The translations under genes and the position numbers were made by a program. From the NCBI RefSeq assembly GCF_009914755.1, contig NC_060943.1: DNA of 64,000 nt. One strand, 5' to 3'. Source of the stretch: the human T2T-CHM13v2.0 reference genome, Homo sapiens. The notes under the pieces were generated by a model. That model made no database searches and was not told where the DNA came from. It saw nothing but the letters and a program-made list of their open reading frames with translations. How positions within the stretch are numbered: the first letter of the stretch is position 1; every line of letters begins with the position of its first letter. Below, piece by piece: positions 50,001 to 63,800 of this stretch.

Positions 50001-53000
50001 CTTCGTTGGAAGCGGGATTTCTTCATATTCTGCTAGACAGAAGAATTCTCAGTAACTGCCTTGTGTTGTGTGTATTCAACTCACAGAGTTGAACGATGCT
50101 TTACACAGAGCAGACTTGAAACACTCTTTTTGTGGAATTTGCAAGTGGAGATTTCAGCCGCTTTGAGGTCAATGGTAGAATAGGAAATATCTTCCTATAG
50201 AAACTAGACAGAATGATTCTCAGTAACTCCTTTGTGATGTGTGCGTTCAACTCACAGAGTTTAACCTTTCTTTTCATAGAGCAGTTGGGAAACACTCTGT
50301 AAAGTCTGCAAGTGGATATTCAGACATCCTTGAGGCTTTCGTTGGAAACGGGATTTCTTCATATTCTGCTAGAAAGAAGAATTCTCAGTAACTTCCTTGT
50401 GTTGTGTGTATTCAACTCACAGAGTTGAACGATCCTTTACACAGAGCAGACTTGAAACACTCTTTTTGTGGAATTTGCAAGTGGAGATTTCAGCCGCTTT
50501 GAGTTCAATGGTAGAATAGGAAATATCTTCCTATAGAAACTAGACAGAATGATTCTCAGAAACTCCTTTGTGATGTGTGCGTTCAACTCACAGAGTTCAA
50601 CCTTTCTTTTCATAGAGCAGTTGGGAAACACTCTGTTTGTAAAGTCTGCAAGTGGATATTCAGACTTCTTTGAGGCCTTCGTTGGAAGCGGGATTTCTTC
50701 ATATTCTGCTAGACAGAAGAATTCTCAGAAACTTCCTTGTGTTGTGTGTTTTCAACTCACAGAGTTGAACGATCCTTTACACAGAGCAGACTTGAAACAC
50801 TCCTTTTGTGGAATTTGCAAGTGGAGATTTCAGCCGCTTTGAGGTCAATGGTAGAATAGGAAATATCTTCCTATAGAAAGTAGACAGAATGATTCTCAGA
50901 AACTCCTTTGTGATGTGTGCGTTCAACTCACAGAGTTTAACCTTTCTTTTCATAGAGCAGTTAGGAAACACTCTGTTTGTAAAGTCTGCAAGTGGATATT
51001 CAGTCCTCCTTGAGGCCTTCGTTGGAAACGGGATTTCTTCATATTATGCTAGACAGAAGAATTCTCAGTAACTTCCTTGTGTTGTGTGTATTCAACTCAC
51101 AGAATTGAACGATCCTTTACACAGAGCAGACTTGAAACACTCTTTTTGTGGAATTTGCAAGTGGAGATTTCAGCCGCTTTGAGTTCAATGGTAGAATAGG
51201 AAATATCTTCCTATAGAAACTAGACAGAATGATTCTCAGAAACTCCTTTGTGATGTGTGCGTTCAACTCACAGAGTTCAACCTTTCTTTTCATAGAGCAG
51301 TTGGGAAACACTCTGTTTGTAAAGTCTGCAAGTGGATATTCAGACTTCTTTGAGGCCTTCGTTGGAAGCGGGATTTCTTCATATTCTGCTAGACAGAAGA
51401 ATTCTCAGTAACTTCCTTGTGTTGTGTGTATTCAACTCACAGAGTTGAACGATCCTTTACACAGAGCAGACTTGAAACACTCTTTTTGTGGAATTTGCAA
51501 GTGGAGATTTCAGCCGCTTTGAGGTCAATGATAGAATAGGAAATATCTTCCTATAGAAACTAGACAGAATGATTCTCAGAAACTCCTTTGTGATGTGTGC
51601 GTTCAACTCACAGAGTTTAACCTTTCTTTTCATAGAGCAGTTAGGAAACACTCTGTTTGTAAAGTCTGCAAGTGGATATTCAGACATCCTTGAGGCTTTC
51701 GTTGGAAACGGGATTTCTTCATATTCTGCTAGAAAGAAGAATTCTCAGTAACTTCCTTGTGTTGTGTGTATTCAACTCACAGAGTTGAACGATCCTTTAC
51801 ACAGAGCAGACTTGAAACACTCCTTTTGTGGAATTTGCAAGTGGAGATTTCAGCCGCTTTGAGGTCAATGGTAGAATAGGAAATATCTTCCTATAGAAAC
51901 TAGACAGAATGATTCTCAGAAACTCCTTTGTGATGTGTGCGTTCAACTCACAGAGTTTAACCTTTCTTTTCATAGAGCAGTTGGGAAACACTCTGTTTGT
52001 AAAGTCTGCAAGTGGATATTCAGACATCCTTGAGGCTTTCGTTGGAAACGGGATTTCTTCATATTCTGCTAGAAAGAAGAATTCTCAGTAACTTCCTTGT
52101 GTTGTGTGTATTCAACTCACAGAGTTGCACGATCCTTTACACAGAGGAGACTTGAAACACTCTTTTTGTGGAATTTGCAAGTGGAGATTTCAGCCGCTTT
52201 GAGGTCAATGGTAGAATAGGAAATATCTTCCTATAGAAACTAGACAGAATGATTCTCAGAAACTTCTTTGTGATGTGTGCGTTCAACTCACAGAGTTTAA
52301 CCTTTCTTTTCATAGAGCAGTTAGGAAACACTCTGTTTGTAAAGTCTGCAAGTGGATATTCAGTCCTCCTTGAGGCCTTCGTTGGAAGCGGGATTTCTTC
52401 ATGTTCTGCTAGACAGAAGAATTCTCAGAAACTTCCTTGTGTTGTGTGTTTTCAACTCACAGAGTTGAACGATCCTTTACACAGAGTAGACTTGAAACAC
52501 TCCTTTTGTGGAATTTGCAAGTGGAGATTTCAGCCGCTTTGAGGTCAATGGTAGAATAGGAAATATCTTCCTATAGAAACTAGACAGAATGATTCTGAGA
52601 AATCCTTTGTGATGTGTGCGTACAACTCACAGAGTTTAACCTTTCTTTTCATAGAGCAGTTAGGAAACACTCTGTTTGTAAAGTCTGCAAGTGGATATTC
52701 AGACCTCCTTGAGGCCTTCGTTGGAAACGGGATTTCTTCATATTATGCTAGACAGAGGAATTCTCAGGAACTTCCTTGTGTTGTGTGTATTCAACTCACA
52801 GAGTTGAACGATCCTTTACACAGAGCAGACTTGAAACACTCTTTTGGTGGAATTTGCAAGTGGAGATTTCAGCCGCTTTGAGTTCAATGGTAGAATAGGA
52901 AATATCTTCCTATAGAAACTACACAGAATGATTCTCAGAAACTGCTTTGTGATGTGTGCGTTCAACTCACAGAGTTCAACCTTTCTTTTCATAGAGCAGT

Positions 53001-56000
53001 TGGGAAACACTCTGTTTGTAAAGTCTGCAAGTGGATATTCAGACTTCTTTGAGGCCTTCGTTGGAAGCGGGATTTCTTCATGTTCTGCTAGACAGAAGAA
53101 TTCTCAGAAACTTCCTTGTGTTGTGTGTTTTCAACTCACAGAGTTGAACGATCCTTTACACAGAGCAGACTTGAAACACTCTTTTTGTGGAATTTGCAAG
53201 TGGAGATTTCAGCCGCTGTGAGGTCAATGGTAGAATAGGAAATATCTTCCTATAGAAACTAGACAGAATGATTCTCAGAAACTCCTTTGTGATGTGTGCG
53301 TTCAACTCACAGAGTTTAACTTTTCTTTTCATAGAGCAGTTGGGAAACACTCTGTTTGTAAAGTCTGCAAGTGGATATTCAGACATACTTGAGGCTTTCG
53401 TTGGAAACGGGATTTCTTCATATTCTGCTAGAAAGAAGAATTCTCAGTAACTTCCTTGTGTTGTGTGTATTCAACTCACAGAGTTGAACGATCCTTTACA
53501 CAGAGCAGACTTGAAACACTCTTTTTGTGGAATTTGCAAGTGGAGATTTCAGCCGCTTTGAGTTCAATGGTAGAATAGGAAATATCTTCCTATAGAAACT
53601 AGACAGAATGATTCTCAGAAACTCCTTTGTGATGTGTGCGTTCAACTCACAGAGTTCAACCTTTCTTTTCATAGAGCAGTTGGGAAACACTCTGTTTGTA
53701 AAGTCTGCAAGTGGATATTCAGACTTCTTTGAGGCCTTCGTTGGAAGCGGGATTTCTTCATGTTCTGCTAGACAGAAGAATTCTCAGAAACTTCCTTGTG
53801 TTGTGTGTTTTCAACTCACAGAGTTGAACGATCCTTTACACAGAGCAGACTTGAAACACTCCTTTTGTGGAATTTGCAAGTGGAGATTTCAGCCGCTTTG
53901 AGGTCAATGGTAGAATAGGAAATATCTTCCTATAGAAAGTAGACAGAATGATTCTCAGAAACTCCTTTGTGATGTGTGCGTTCAACTCACAGAGTTTAAC
54001 CTTTCTTTTCATAGAGCAGTTAGGAAACACTCTGTTTGTAAAGTCTGCAAGTGGATATTCATACCTCCTTGAGGCCTTCGTTGGAAACGGGATTTCTTCA
54101 TATTATGCTAGACAGAAGAATTCTCAGTAACTTCCTTGTGTTGTGTGTATTCAACTCACAGAGTTGAACGATCCTTTACACAGAGCAGACTTGAAACACT
54201 CTTTTTGTGAAATTTGCAAGTGGAGATTTCAGCCGCTGTGAGTTCAATGGTAGAATAGGAAATATCTTCCTATAGAAACTAGACAGAATGATTCTCAGAA
54301 ACTCCTTTGTGATGTGTGCGTTCAACTCACAGAGTTCAACCTTTCTTTTCATAGAGCAGTTGGGAAACACTCTGTTTGTAAAGTCTGCAAGTGGATATTC
54401 AGACTTCTTTGAGGCCTTCGTTGGAAGCGGGATTTCTTCATATTCTGCTAGACAGAAGAATTCTCAGTAACTGCCTTGTGTTGTGTGTATTCAACTCACA
54501 GAGTTGAACGATCCTTTACACAGAGCAGACTTGAAACACTCTTTTTGTGGAATTTGCAAGTGGAGATTTCAGCCGCTTTGAGGTCAATGGTAGAATAGGA
54601 AATATCTTCCTATAGAAACTAGACAGAATGATTCTCAGAAACTCCTTTGTGATGTGTGCGTTCAACTCACAGAGTTTAACCTTTCTTTTCATAGAGCAGT
54701 TAGGAAACACTCTGATTGTAAAGTCTGCAAGTGGATATTCAGACCTCCTTGAGGCCTTCGTTGGAAACGGGATTTCTTCATATTATGCTAGACAGAAGAA
54801 TTCTCAGTAACTTCCTTGTGTTGTGTGTATTCCACTCACAGAGTTGAACGATCCTTTACACAGAGCAGACTTGAAACACTCTTTTTGTGGAATTTGCAAG
54901 TGGAGATTTCAGCCGCTTTGAGTTCAATGGTAGAATAGGAAATATCTTCCTATAGAAACTAGACAGAATGATTCTCAGAAACTCCTTTGTGATGTGTGCG
55001 TTCAACTCACAGAGTTCAACCTTTCTTTTCATAGAGCAGTTGGGAAACACTCTGTTTGTAAAGTCTGCAAGTGGATATTCAGGCTTCTTTGAGGCCTTCG
55101 TTGGAAGCGGGATTTCTTCATATTCTGCTAGACAGAAGAATTCTCAGTAACTGCCTTGTGTTGTGTGTATTCAACTCACAGAGTTGAACGATCCTTTACA
55201 CAGAGCAGACCTGAAACACTCTTTTTGTGGAATTTGCAAGTGGAGATTTCAGCCGCTTTGAGGTCAATGGTAGAATAGGAAATATCTTCCTATAGAAATT
55301 AGACAGAATGATTCTCAGAAACTCCTTTGTGATGTGTGCGTTCAACTCACAGAGTTTACCCTTTCTTTTCATAGAGCAGTTAGGAAACACTCTGTTTGTA
55401 AAGTCTGCAAGTGGATATTCAGACATCCTTGAGGCTTTCGTTGGAAACGGGATTTCTTCATATTCTGCCAGAAAGAAGAATTCTCAGTAACTTCCTTGTG
55501 TTGTGTGTATTCAACTCACAGAGTTGAACGATCCTTTACACAGAGCAGACTTGAAACACTCTTTTTGTGGAATTTGCAAGTGGAGATTTCAGCCGCTTTG
55601 AGGTCAATGGTAGAATAGGAAATATCTTCCTATAGAAACTAGACAGAATGATTCTCAGAAACTCCTTTGTGATGTGTGCGTTCAACTCACAGAGTTCAAC
55701 CTTTCTTTTCATAGAGCAGTTGGGAAACACTCTGTTTGTAAAGTCTGCAAGTGGATATTCAGACTTCTTTGAGGCCTTCGTTGGAAGCGGGATTTCTTCA
55801 TGTTCTGCTAGACAGAAGAATTCTCAGAAACTTCCTTGTGTTGTGTGTTTTCAACTCACAGAGTTGAACGATCCTTTACACAGAGCAGACTTGAAACACT
55901 CCTTTTGTGGAATTTGCAAGTGGAGATTTCAGCCGCTTTGAGGTCAATGGTAGAATAGGAAATATCTTCCTATAGAAAGTAGACAGAATGATTCTCAGAA

Positions 56001-59000
56001 ACTCCTTTGTGATGTGTGCGTTCAACTCACACAGTTTAACCTTTCTTTTCATAGAGCAGTTAGGAAACACTCTGTTTGTAAAGTCTGCAAGTGGATATTC
56101 AGACCTCCTTGAGGCCTTCGTTGGAAACGGGATTTCTTCATATTATGCTAGACAGAAGAATTCTCAGTAACTTCCTTGTGTTGTGTGTATTCAACTCACA
56201 GAGTTGAACGATCCTTTACACAGAGCAGACTTGAAACACTCTTTTTGTGGAATTTGCAAGTGGAGATTTCAGCCGCTTTGAGGTCAATGGTAGAATAGGA
56301 AATATCTTCCTATAGAAACTAGACAGAATGATTCTCAGAAACTCCTTTGTGATGTGTGCGTTCAACTCACAGAGTTTAACCTTTCTTTTCATAGAGCAGT
56401 TAGGAAACACTCTGATTGTAAAGTCTGCAAGTGGATATTCAGACCTCCTTGAGGCCTTCGTTGGAAACGGGATTTCTTCATATTATGCTAGACAGAAGAA
56501 TTCTCAGTAACTTCCTTGTGTTGTGTGTATTCAACTCACAGAGTTGAACGATCCTTTACACAGAGCAGACTTGAAACACTCTTTTTGTGGAATTTGCAAG
56601 TGGAGATTTCAGCCGCTTTGAGTTCAATGGTAGAATAGGAAATATCTTCCTATAGAAACTAGACAGAATGATTCTCAGAAACTCCTTTGTGATGTGTGCT
56701 TTCAACTCACAGAGTTCAACCTTTCTTTTCATAGAGCAGTTGGGAAACACTCTGTTTGTAAAGTCTGCAAGTGGATATTCAGACTTCTTTGAGGCCTTCG
56801 TTGGAAGCGGGATTTCTTCATATTCTGCTAGACAGAAGAATTCTCAGTAACTGCCTTGTGTTGTGTGTATTCAACTCACAGAGTTGAACGATCCTTTACA
56901 CAGAGCAGACCTGAAACACTCTTTTTGTGGAATTTGCAAGTGGAGATTTCAGCCGCTTTGAGGTCAATGGCAGAATAGGAAATATCTTCCTATAGAAACT
57001 AGACAGAATGATTCTCAGAAACTCCTTTGTGATGTGTGCGTTCAACTCACAGAGTTTAACCTTTCTTTTCATAGAGCAGTTGGGAAACACTCTGTTTGTA
57101 AAGTCTGCAAGTGGATATTCAGACTTCTTTGAGGCCTTCGTTGGAAGCGGGATTTCTTCATATTCTGCTAGACAGAAGAATTCTCAGTAACTGCCTTGTG
57201 TTGTGTTTATTCAACTCACAGAGTTGAACGATCCTTTACACAGAGCAGACTTGAAATACTCTTTTTGTGGAATTTGCAAGTGGAGATTTCAGCCGCTTTG
57301 AGGTCAATGGTAGAATAGGAAATATCTTCCTATAGAAACTAGACAGAATGATTCTCAGAAACTCCTTTGTGATGTGTGCGTTCAACTCACAGAGTTTAAC
57401 CTTTCTTTTCATAGAGCAGTTAGGAAACACTCTGTTTGTAAAGTCTGCAAGTGGATATTCAGACCTCCTTGAGGCCTTCGTTGGAAACGGGATTTCTTCA
57501 TATTATGCTAGACAGAAGAATTCTCAGTAACTTCCTTGTGTTGTGTGTATTCAACTCACAGAGTTGAACGATCCTTTACACAGAGCAGACTTGAAACACT
57601 CTTTTTGTGGAATTTGCAAGTGGAGATTTCAGCCGCTTTGAGTTCAATGGTAGAATAGGAAATATCTTCCTATAGAAACTAGACAGAATGATTCTCAGAA
57701 ACTCCTTTGTGATGTGTGCGTTCAACTCACAGAGTTCAACCTTTCTTTTCATAGAGCAGTTGGGAAACACTCTGTTTGTAAAGTCTGCAAGTGGATATTC
57801 AGACTTCTTTGAGGCCTTCGTTGGAAGCGGGATTTCTTCATGTTCTGCTAGACAGAAGAATTCTCAGAAACTTCCTTGTGTTGTGTGTTTTCAACTCACA
57901 GAGTTGAACGATCCTTTACACAGAGCAGACTTGAAACACTCCTTTTGTGGAATTTGCAAGTGGAGATTTCAGCCGCTTTGAGGTCAATGGTAGAATAGGA
58001 AATATCTTCCTATAGAAAGTAGACAGAATGATTCTCAGAAACTCCTTTGTGATGTGTGCGTTCAACTCACAGAGTTTAACCTTTCTTTTCATAGAGCAGT
58101 TAGGAAACACTCTGTTTGTAAAGTCTGCAAGTGGATATTCAGACCTCCTTGAGGCCTTCGTTGGAAACGGGATTTCTTCATATTATGCTAGACAGAAGAA
58201 TTCTCAGTAACTTCCTTGTGTTGTGTGTATTCAACTCACAGAGTTGAACGATCCTTTACACAGAGCAGACTTGAAACACTCTTTTTGTGGAATTTGCAAG
58301 TGGAGATTTCAGCCGCTTTGAGGTCAATGGTAGAATAGGAAATATCTTCCTATAGAAACTAGACAGAATGATTCTCAGAAACTCCTTTGTGATGTGTGCG
58401 TTCAACTCACAGAGTTTAACCTTTCTTTTCATAGAGCAGTTAGGAAACGCTCTGATTGTAAAGTCTGCAAGTGGATATTCAGACCTCCTTGAGGCCTTCG
58501 TTGGAAACGGGATTTCTTCATATTATGCTAGACAGAAGAATTCTCAGTAACTTCCTTGTGTTGTGTGTATTCAACTCACAGAGTTGAACGATCCTTTACA
58601 CAGAGCAGACTTGAAACACTCTTTTTGTGGAATTTGCAAGTGGAGATTTCAGCCGCTTTGAGTTCAATGGTAGAATAGGAAATATCTTCCTATAGAAACT
58701 AGACAGAATGATTCTCAGAAACTCCTTTGTGATGTGTGCGTTCAACTCACAGAGTTCAACCTTTCTTTTCATAGAGCAGTTGGGAAACACTCTGTTTGTA
58801 AAGTCTGCAAGTGGATATTCAGACTTCTTTGAGGCCTTCGTTGGAAGCGGGATTTCTTCATATTCTGCTAGACAGAAGAATTCTCAGTAACTGCCTTGTG
58901 TTGTGTGTATTCAACTCACAGAGTTGAACGATCCTTTACACAGAGCAGACCTGAAACACTCTTTTTGTGGAATTTGCAAGTGGAGATTTCAGCCGCTTTG

Positions 59001-62000
59001 AGGTCAATGGTAGAATAGGAAATATCTTCCTATAGAAACTAGACAGAATGATTCTCAGAAACTCCTTTGTGATGTGTGCGTTCAACTCACAGAGTTTACC
59101 CTTTCTTTTCATAGAGCAGTTAGGAAACACTCTGTTTGTAAAGTCTGCAAGTGGATATTCAGACATCCTTGAGGCTTTCGTTGGAAACGGGATTTCTTCA
59201 TATTCTGCCAGAAAGAAGAATTCTCAGTAACTTCCTTGTGTTGTGTGTATTCAACTCACAGAGTTGAACGATCCTTTACACAGAGCAGACTTGAAACACT
59301 CTTTTTGTAGAATTTGCAAGTGGAGATTTCAGCCGCTTTGAGGTCAATGGTAGAATAGGAAATATCTTCCTATAGAAACTAGACAGAATGATTCTCAGAA
59401 ACTCCTTTGTGATGTGTGCGTTCAACTCACAGAGTTCAACCTTTCTTTTCATAGAGCAGTTGGGAAACACTCTGTTTGTAAAGTCTGCAAGTGGATATTC
59501 AGACTTCTTTGAGGCCTTCGTTGGAAGCGGGATTTCTTCATATTCTGCTAGACAGAAGAATTCTCAGTAACTGCCTTGTGTTGTGTGTATTCAACTCACA
59601 GAGTTGAACGATCCTTTACACAGAGCAGACTTGAAATACTCTTTTTGTGGAATTTGCAAGTGGAGATTTCAGCCGCTTTGAGGTCAATGGTAGAATAGGA
59701 AATATCTTCCTATAGAAACTAGACAGAATGATTCTCAGAAACTCCTTTGTGATGTGTGCGTTCAACTCACAGAGTTTAACCTTTCTTTTCATAGAGCAGT
59801 TAGGAAACACTCTGTTTGTAAAGTCTGCAAGTGGATATTCAGACCTCCTTGAGGCCTTCGTTGGAAACGGGATTTCTTCATATTATGCTAGACAGAAGAA
59901 TTCTCAGTAACTTCCTTGTGTTGTGTGTATTCAACTCACAGAGTTGAACGATCCTTTACACAGAGCAGACTTGAAACACTCTTTTTGTGGAATTTGCAAG
60001 TGGAAATTTCAGCCGCTTTGAGGTCAATGGTAGAATAGGAAATATCTTCCTATAGAAACTAGACAGAATGATTCTCAGAAACTCCTTTGTGATGTGTGCG
60101 TTCAACTCACAGAGTTCAACCTTTCTTTTCATAGAGCAGTTGGGAAACACTCTGTTTGTAAAGTCTGCAAGTGGATATTCAGACTTCTTTGAGGCCTTCG
60201 TTGGAAGCGGGATTTCTTCATATTCTGCTAGACAGAAGAATTCTCAGTAACTGCCTTGTGTTGTGTGTATTCAACTCACAGAGTTGAACGATGCTTTACA
60301 CAGAGCAGACTTGAAACACTCTTTTTGTGGAATTTGCAAGTGGAGATTTCAGCCGCTTTGAGGTCAATGGTAGAATAGGAAATATCTTCCTATAAAAACT
60401 AGACAGAATGATTCTCAGTAACTCCTTTGTGATGTGTGCGTTCAACTCACAGAGTTTAACCTTTCTTTTCATAGAGCAGTTGGGAAACACTCTGTAAAGT
60501 CTGCAAGTGGATATTCAGACATCCTTGAGGCTTTCGTTGGAAACGGGATTTCTTCATATTCTGCTAGAAAGAAGAATTCTCAGTAACTTCCTTGTGTTGT
60601 GTGTATTCAACTCACAGAGTTGAACGATCCTTTACACAGAGCAGACTTGAAACACTCTTTTTGTGGAATTTGCAAGTGGAGATTTCAGCCGCTTTGAGTT
60701 CAATGGTAGAATAGGAAATATCTTCCTATAGAAACTAGACAGAATGATTCTCAGAAACTCCTTTGTGATGTGTGCGTTCAACTCACAGAGTTCAACCTTT
60801 CTTTTCATAGAGCAGTTGGGAAACACTCTGTTTGTAAAGTCTGCAAGTGGATATTCAGACTTCTTTGAGGCCTTCGTTGGAAGCGGGATTTCTTCATATT
60901 CTGCTAGACAGAAGAATTCTCAGAAACTTCCTTGTGTTGTGTGTTTTCAACTCACAGAGTTGAACGATCCTTTACACAGAGCAGACTTGAAACACTCCTT
61001 TTGTGGAATTTGCAAGTGGAGATTTCAGCCGCTTTGAGGTCAATGGTAGAATAGGAAATATCTTCCTATAGAAACTAGACAGAATGATTCTCAGAAACTC
61101 CTTTGTGATGTGTGCGTTCAACTCACAGAGTTTAACCTTTCTTTTCATAGAGCAGTTAGGAAACACTCTGTTTGTAAAGTCTGCAAGTGGATATTCAGAC
61201 CTCCTTGAGGCCTTCGTTGGAAACGGGATTTCTTCATATTATGCTAGACAGAAGAATTCTCAGTAACTTCCTTGTGTTGTGTGTATTCAACTCACAGAAT
61301 TGAACGATCCTTTACACAGAGCAGACTTGAAACACTCTTTTTGTGGAATTTGCAAGTGGAGATTTCAGCCGCTTTGAGTTCAATGGTAGAATAGGAAATA
61401 TCTTCCTATAGAAAATAGACAGAATGATTCTCAGAAACTCCTTTGTGATGTGTGCGTTCAACTCACAGAGTTCAACCTTTCTTTTCATAGAGCAGTTGGG
61501 AAACACTCTGTTTGTAAAGTCTGCAAGTGGATATTCAGACTTCTTTGAGGCCTTCGTTGGAAGCGGGATTTCTTCATATTATGCTAGACAGAAGAATTCT
61601 CAGTAACTTCCTTGTGTTGTGTGTATTCAACTCACAGAGTTGAACGATCCTTTACACAGAGCAGACTTGAAACACTCTTTTTGTGGAATTTGCAAGTGGA
61701 GATTTCAGCCGCTTTGAGGTCAATGATAGAATAGGAAATATCTTCCTATAGAAACTAGACAGAATGATTCTCAGAAACTCCTTTGTGATGTGTGCGTTCA
61801 ACTCACAGAGTTTAACCTTTCTTTTCATAGAGCAGTTAGGAAACACTCTGTTTGTAAAGTCTGCAAGTGGATATTCAGACATCCTTGAGGCTTTCGTTGG
61901 AAACGGGATTTCTTCATATTCTGCTAGAAAGAAGAATTCTCAGTAACTTCCTTGTGTTGTGTGTATTCAACTCACAGAGTTGAACGATCCTTTACACAGA

Positions 62001-63800
62001 GCAGACTTGAAACACTCCTTTTGTGGAATTTGCAAGTGGAGATTTCAGCCGCTTTGAGGTCAATGGTAGAATAGGAAATATCTTCCTATAGAAACTAGAC
62101 AGAATGATTCTCAGAAACTCCTTTGTGATGTGTGCGTTCAACTCACAGAGTTTAACCTTTCTTTTCATAGAGCAGTTGGGAAACACTCTGTTTGTAAAGT
62201 CTGCAAGTGGATATTCAGACATCCTTGAGGCTTTCGTTGGAAACGGGATTTCTTCATATTCTGCTAGAAAGAAGAATTCTCAGTAACTTCCTTGTGTTGT
62301 GTGTATTCAACTCACAGAGTTGCACGATCCTTTACACAGAGGAGACTTGAAACACTCTTTTTGTGGAATTTGCAAGTGGAGATTTCAGCCGCTTTGAGGT
62401 CAATGGTAGAATAGGAAATATCTTCCTATAGAAACTAGACAGAATGATTCTCAGAAACTTCTTTGTGATGTGTGCGTTCAACTCACAGAGTTTAACCTTT
62501 CTTTTCATAGAGCAGTTAGGAAACACTCTGTTTGTAAAGTCTGCAAGTGGATATTCAGTCCTCCTTGAGGCCTTCGTTGGAAGCGGGATTTCTTCATGTT
62601 CTGCTAGACAGAAGAATTCTCAGAAACTTCCTTGTGTTGTGTGTTTTCAACTCACAGAGTTGAACGATCCTTTACACAGAGTAGACTTGAAACACTCCTT
62701 TTGTGGAATTTGCAAGTGGAGATTTCAGCCGCTTTGAGGTCAATGGTAGAATAGGAAATATCTTCCTATAGAAACTAGACAGAATGATTCTGAGAAATCC
62801 TTTGTGATGTGTGCGTACAACTCACAGAGTTTAACCTTTCTTTTCATAGAGCAGTTAGGAAACACTCTGTTTGTAAAGTCTGCAAGTGGATATTCAGACC
62901 TCCTTGAGGCCTTCGTTGGAAACGGGATTTCTTCATATTATGCTAGACAGAGGAATTCTCAGGAACTTCCTTGTGTTGTGTGTATTCAACTCACAGAGTT
63001 GAACGATCCTTTACACAGAGCAGACTTGAAACACTCTTTTGGTGGAATTTGCAAGTGGAGATTTCAGCCGCTTTGAGTTCAATGGTAGAATAGGAAATAT
63101 CTTCCTATAGAAACTACACAGAATGATTCTCAGAAACTGCTTTGTGATGTGTGCGTTCAACTCACAGAGTTCAACCTTTCTTTTCATAGAGCAGTTGGGA
63201 AACACTCTGTTTTTAAAGTCTGCAAGTGGATATTCAGACTTCTTTGAGGCCTTCGTTGGAAGCGGGATTTCTTCATGTTCTGCTAGACAGAAGAATTCTC
63301 AGAAACTTCCTTGTGTTGTGTGTTTTCAACTCACAGAGTTGAACGATCCTTTACACAGAGCAGACTTGAAACACTCTTTTTGTGGAATTTGCAAGTGGAG
63401 ATTTCAGCCGCTGTGAGGTCAATGGTAGAATAGGAAATATCTTCCTATAGAAACTAGACAGAATGATTCTCAGAAACTCCTTTGTGATGTGTGCGTTCAA
63501 CTCACAGAGTTTAACTTTTCTTTTCATAGAGCAGTTGGGAAACACTCTGTTTGTAAAGTCTGCAAGTGGATATTCAGACATCCTTGAGGCTTTCGTTGGA
63601 AACGGGATTTCTTCATATTCTGCTAGAAAGAAGAATTCTCAGTAACTTCCTTGTGTTGTGTGTATTCAACTCACAGAGTTGAACGATCCTTTACACAGAG
63701 CAGACTTGAAACACTCTTTTTGTGGAATTTGCAAGTGGAGATTTCAGCCGCTTTGAGTTCAATGGTAGAATAGGAAATATCTTCCTATAGAAACTAGACA
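44000..63800 (+). repeat. Tandem ~10-kb duplication (offsets 9854-10534 bp; 10195 bp = 30 dimers in the distal half)
   Basis: CAGTAACTCC plus the 4-bp deletion, AATGATAG, AGAGGAGA, GAGTAGAC, GCGTACAA, TTTTGGTGG and TAACTTTTC recur at +10195. CTGATTG, GACCTGAA and AAATACT recur at about +9855. Confidence 0.88.
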
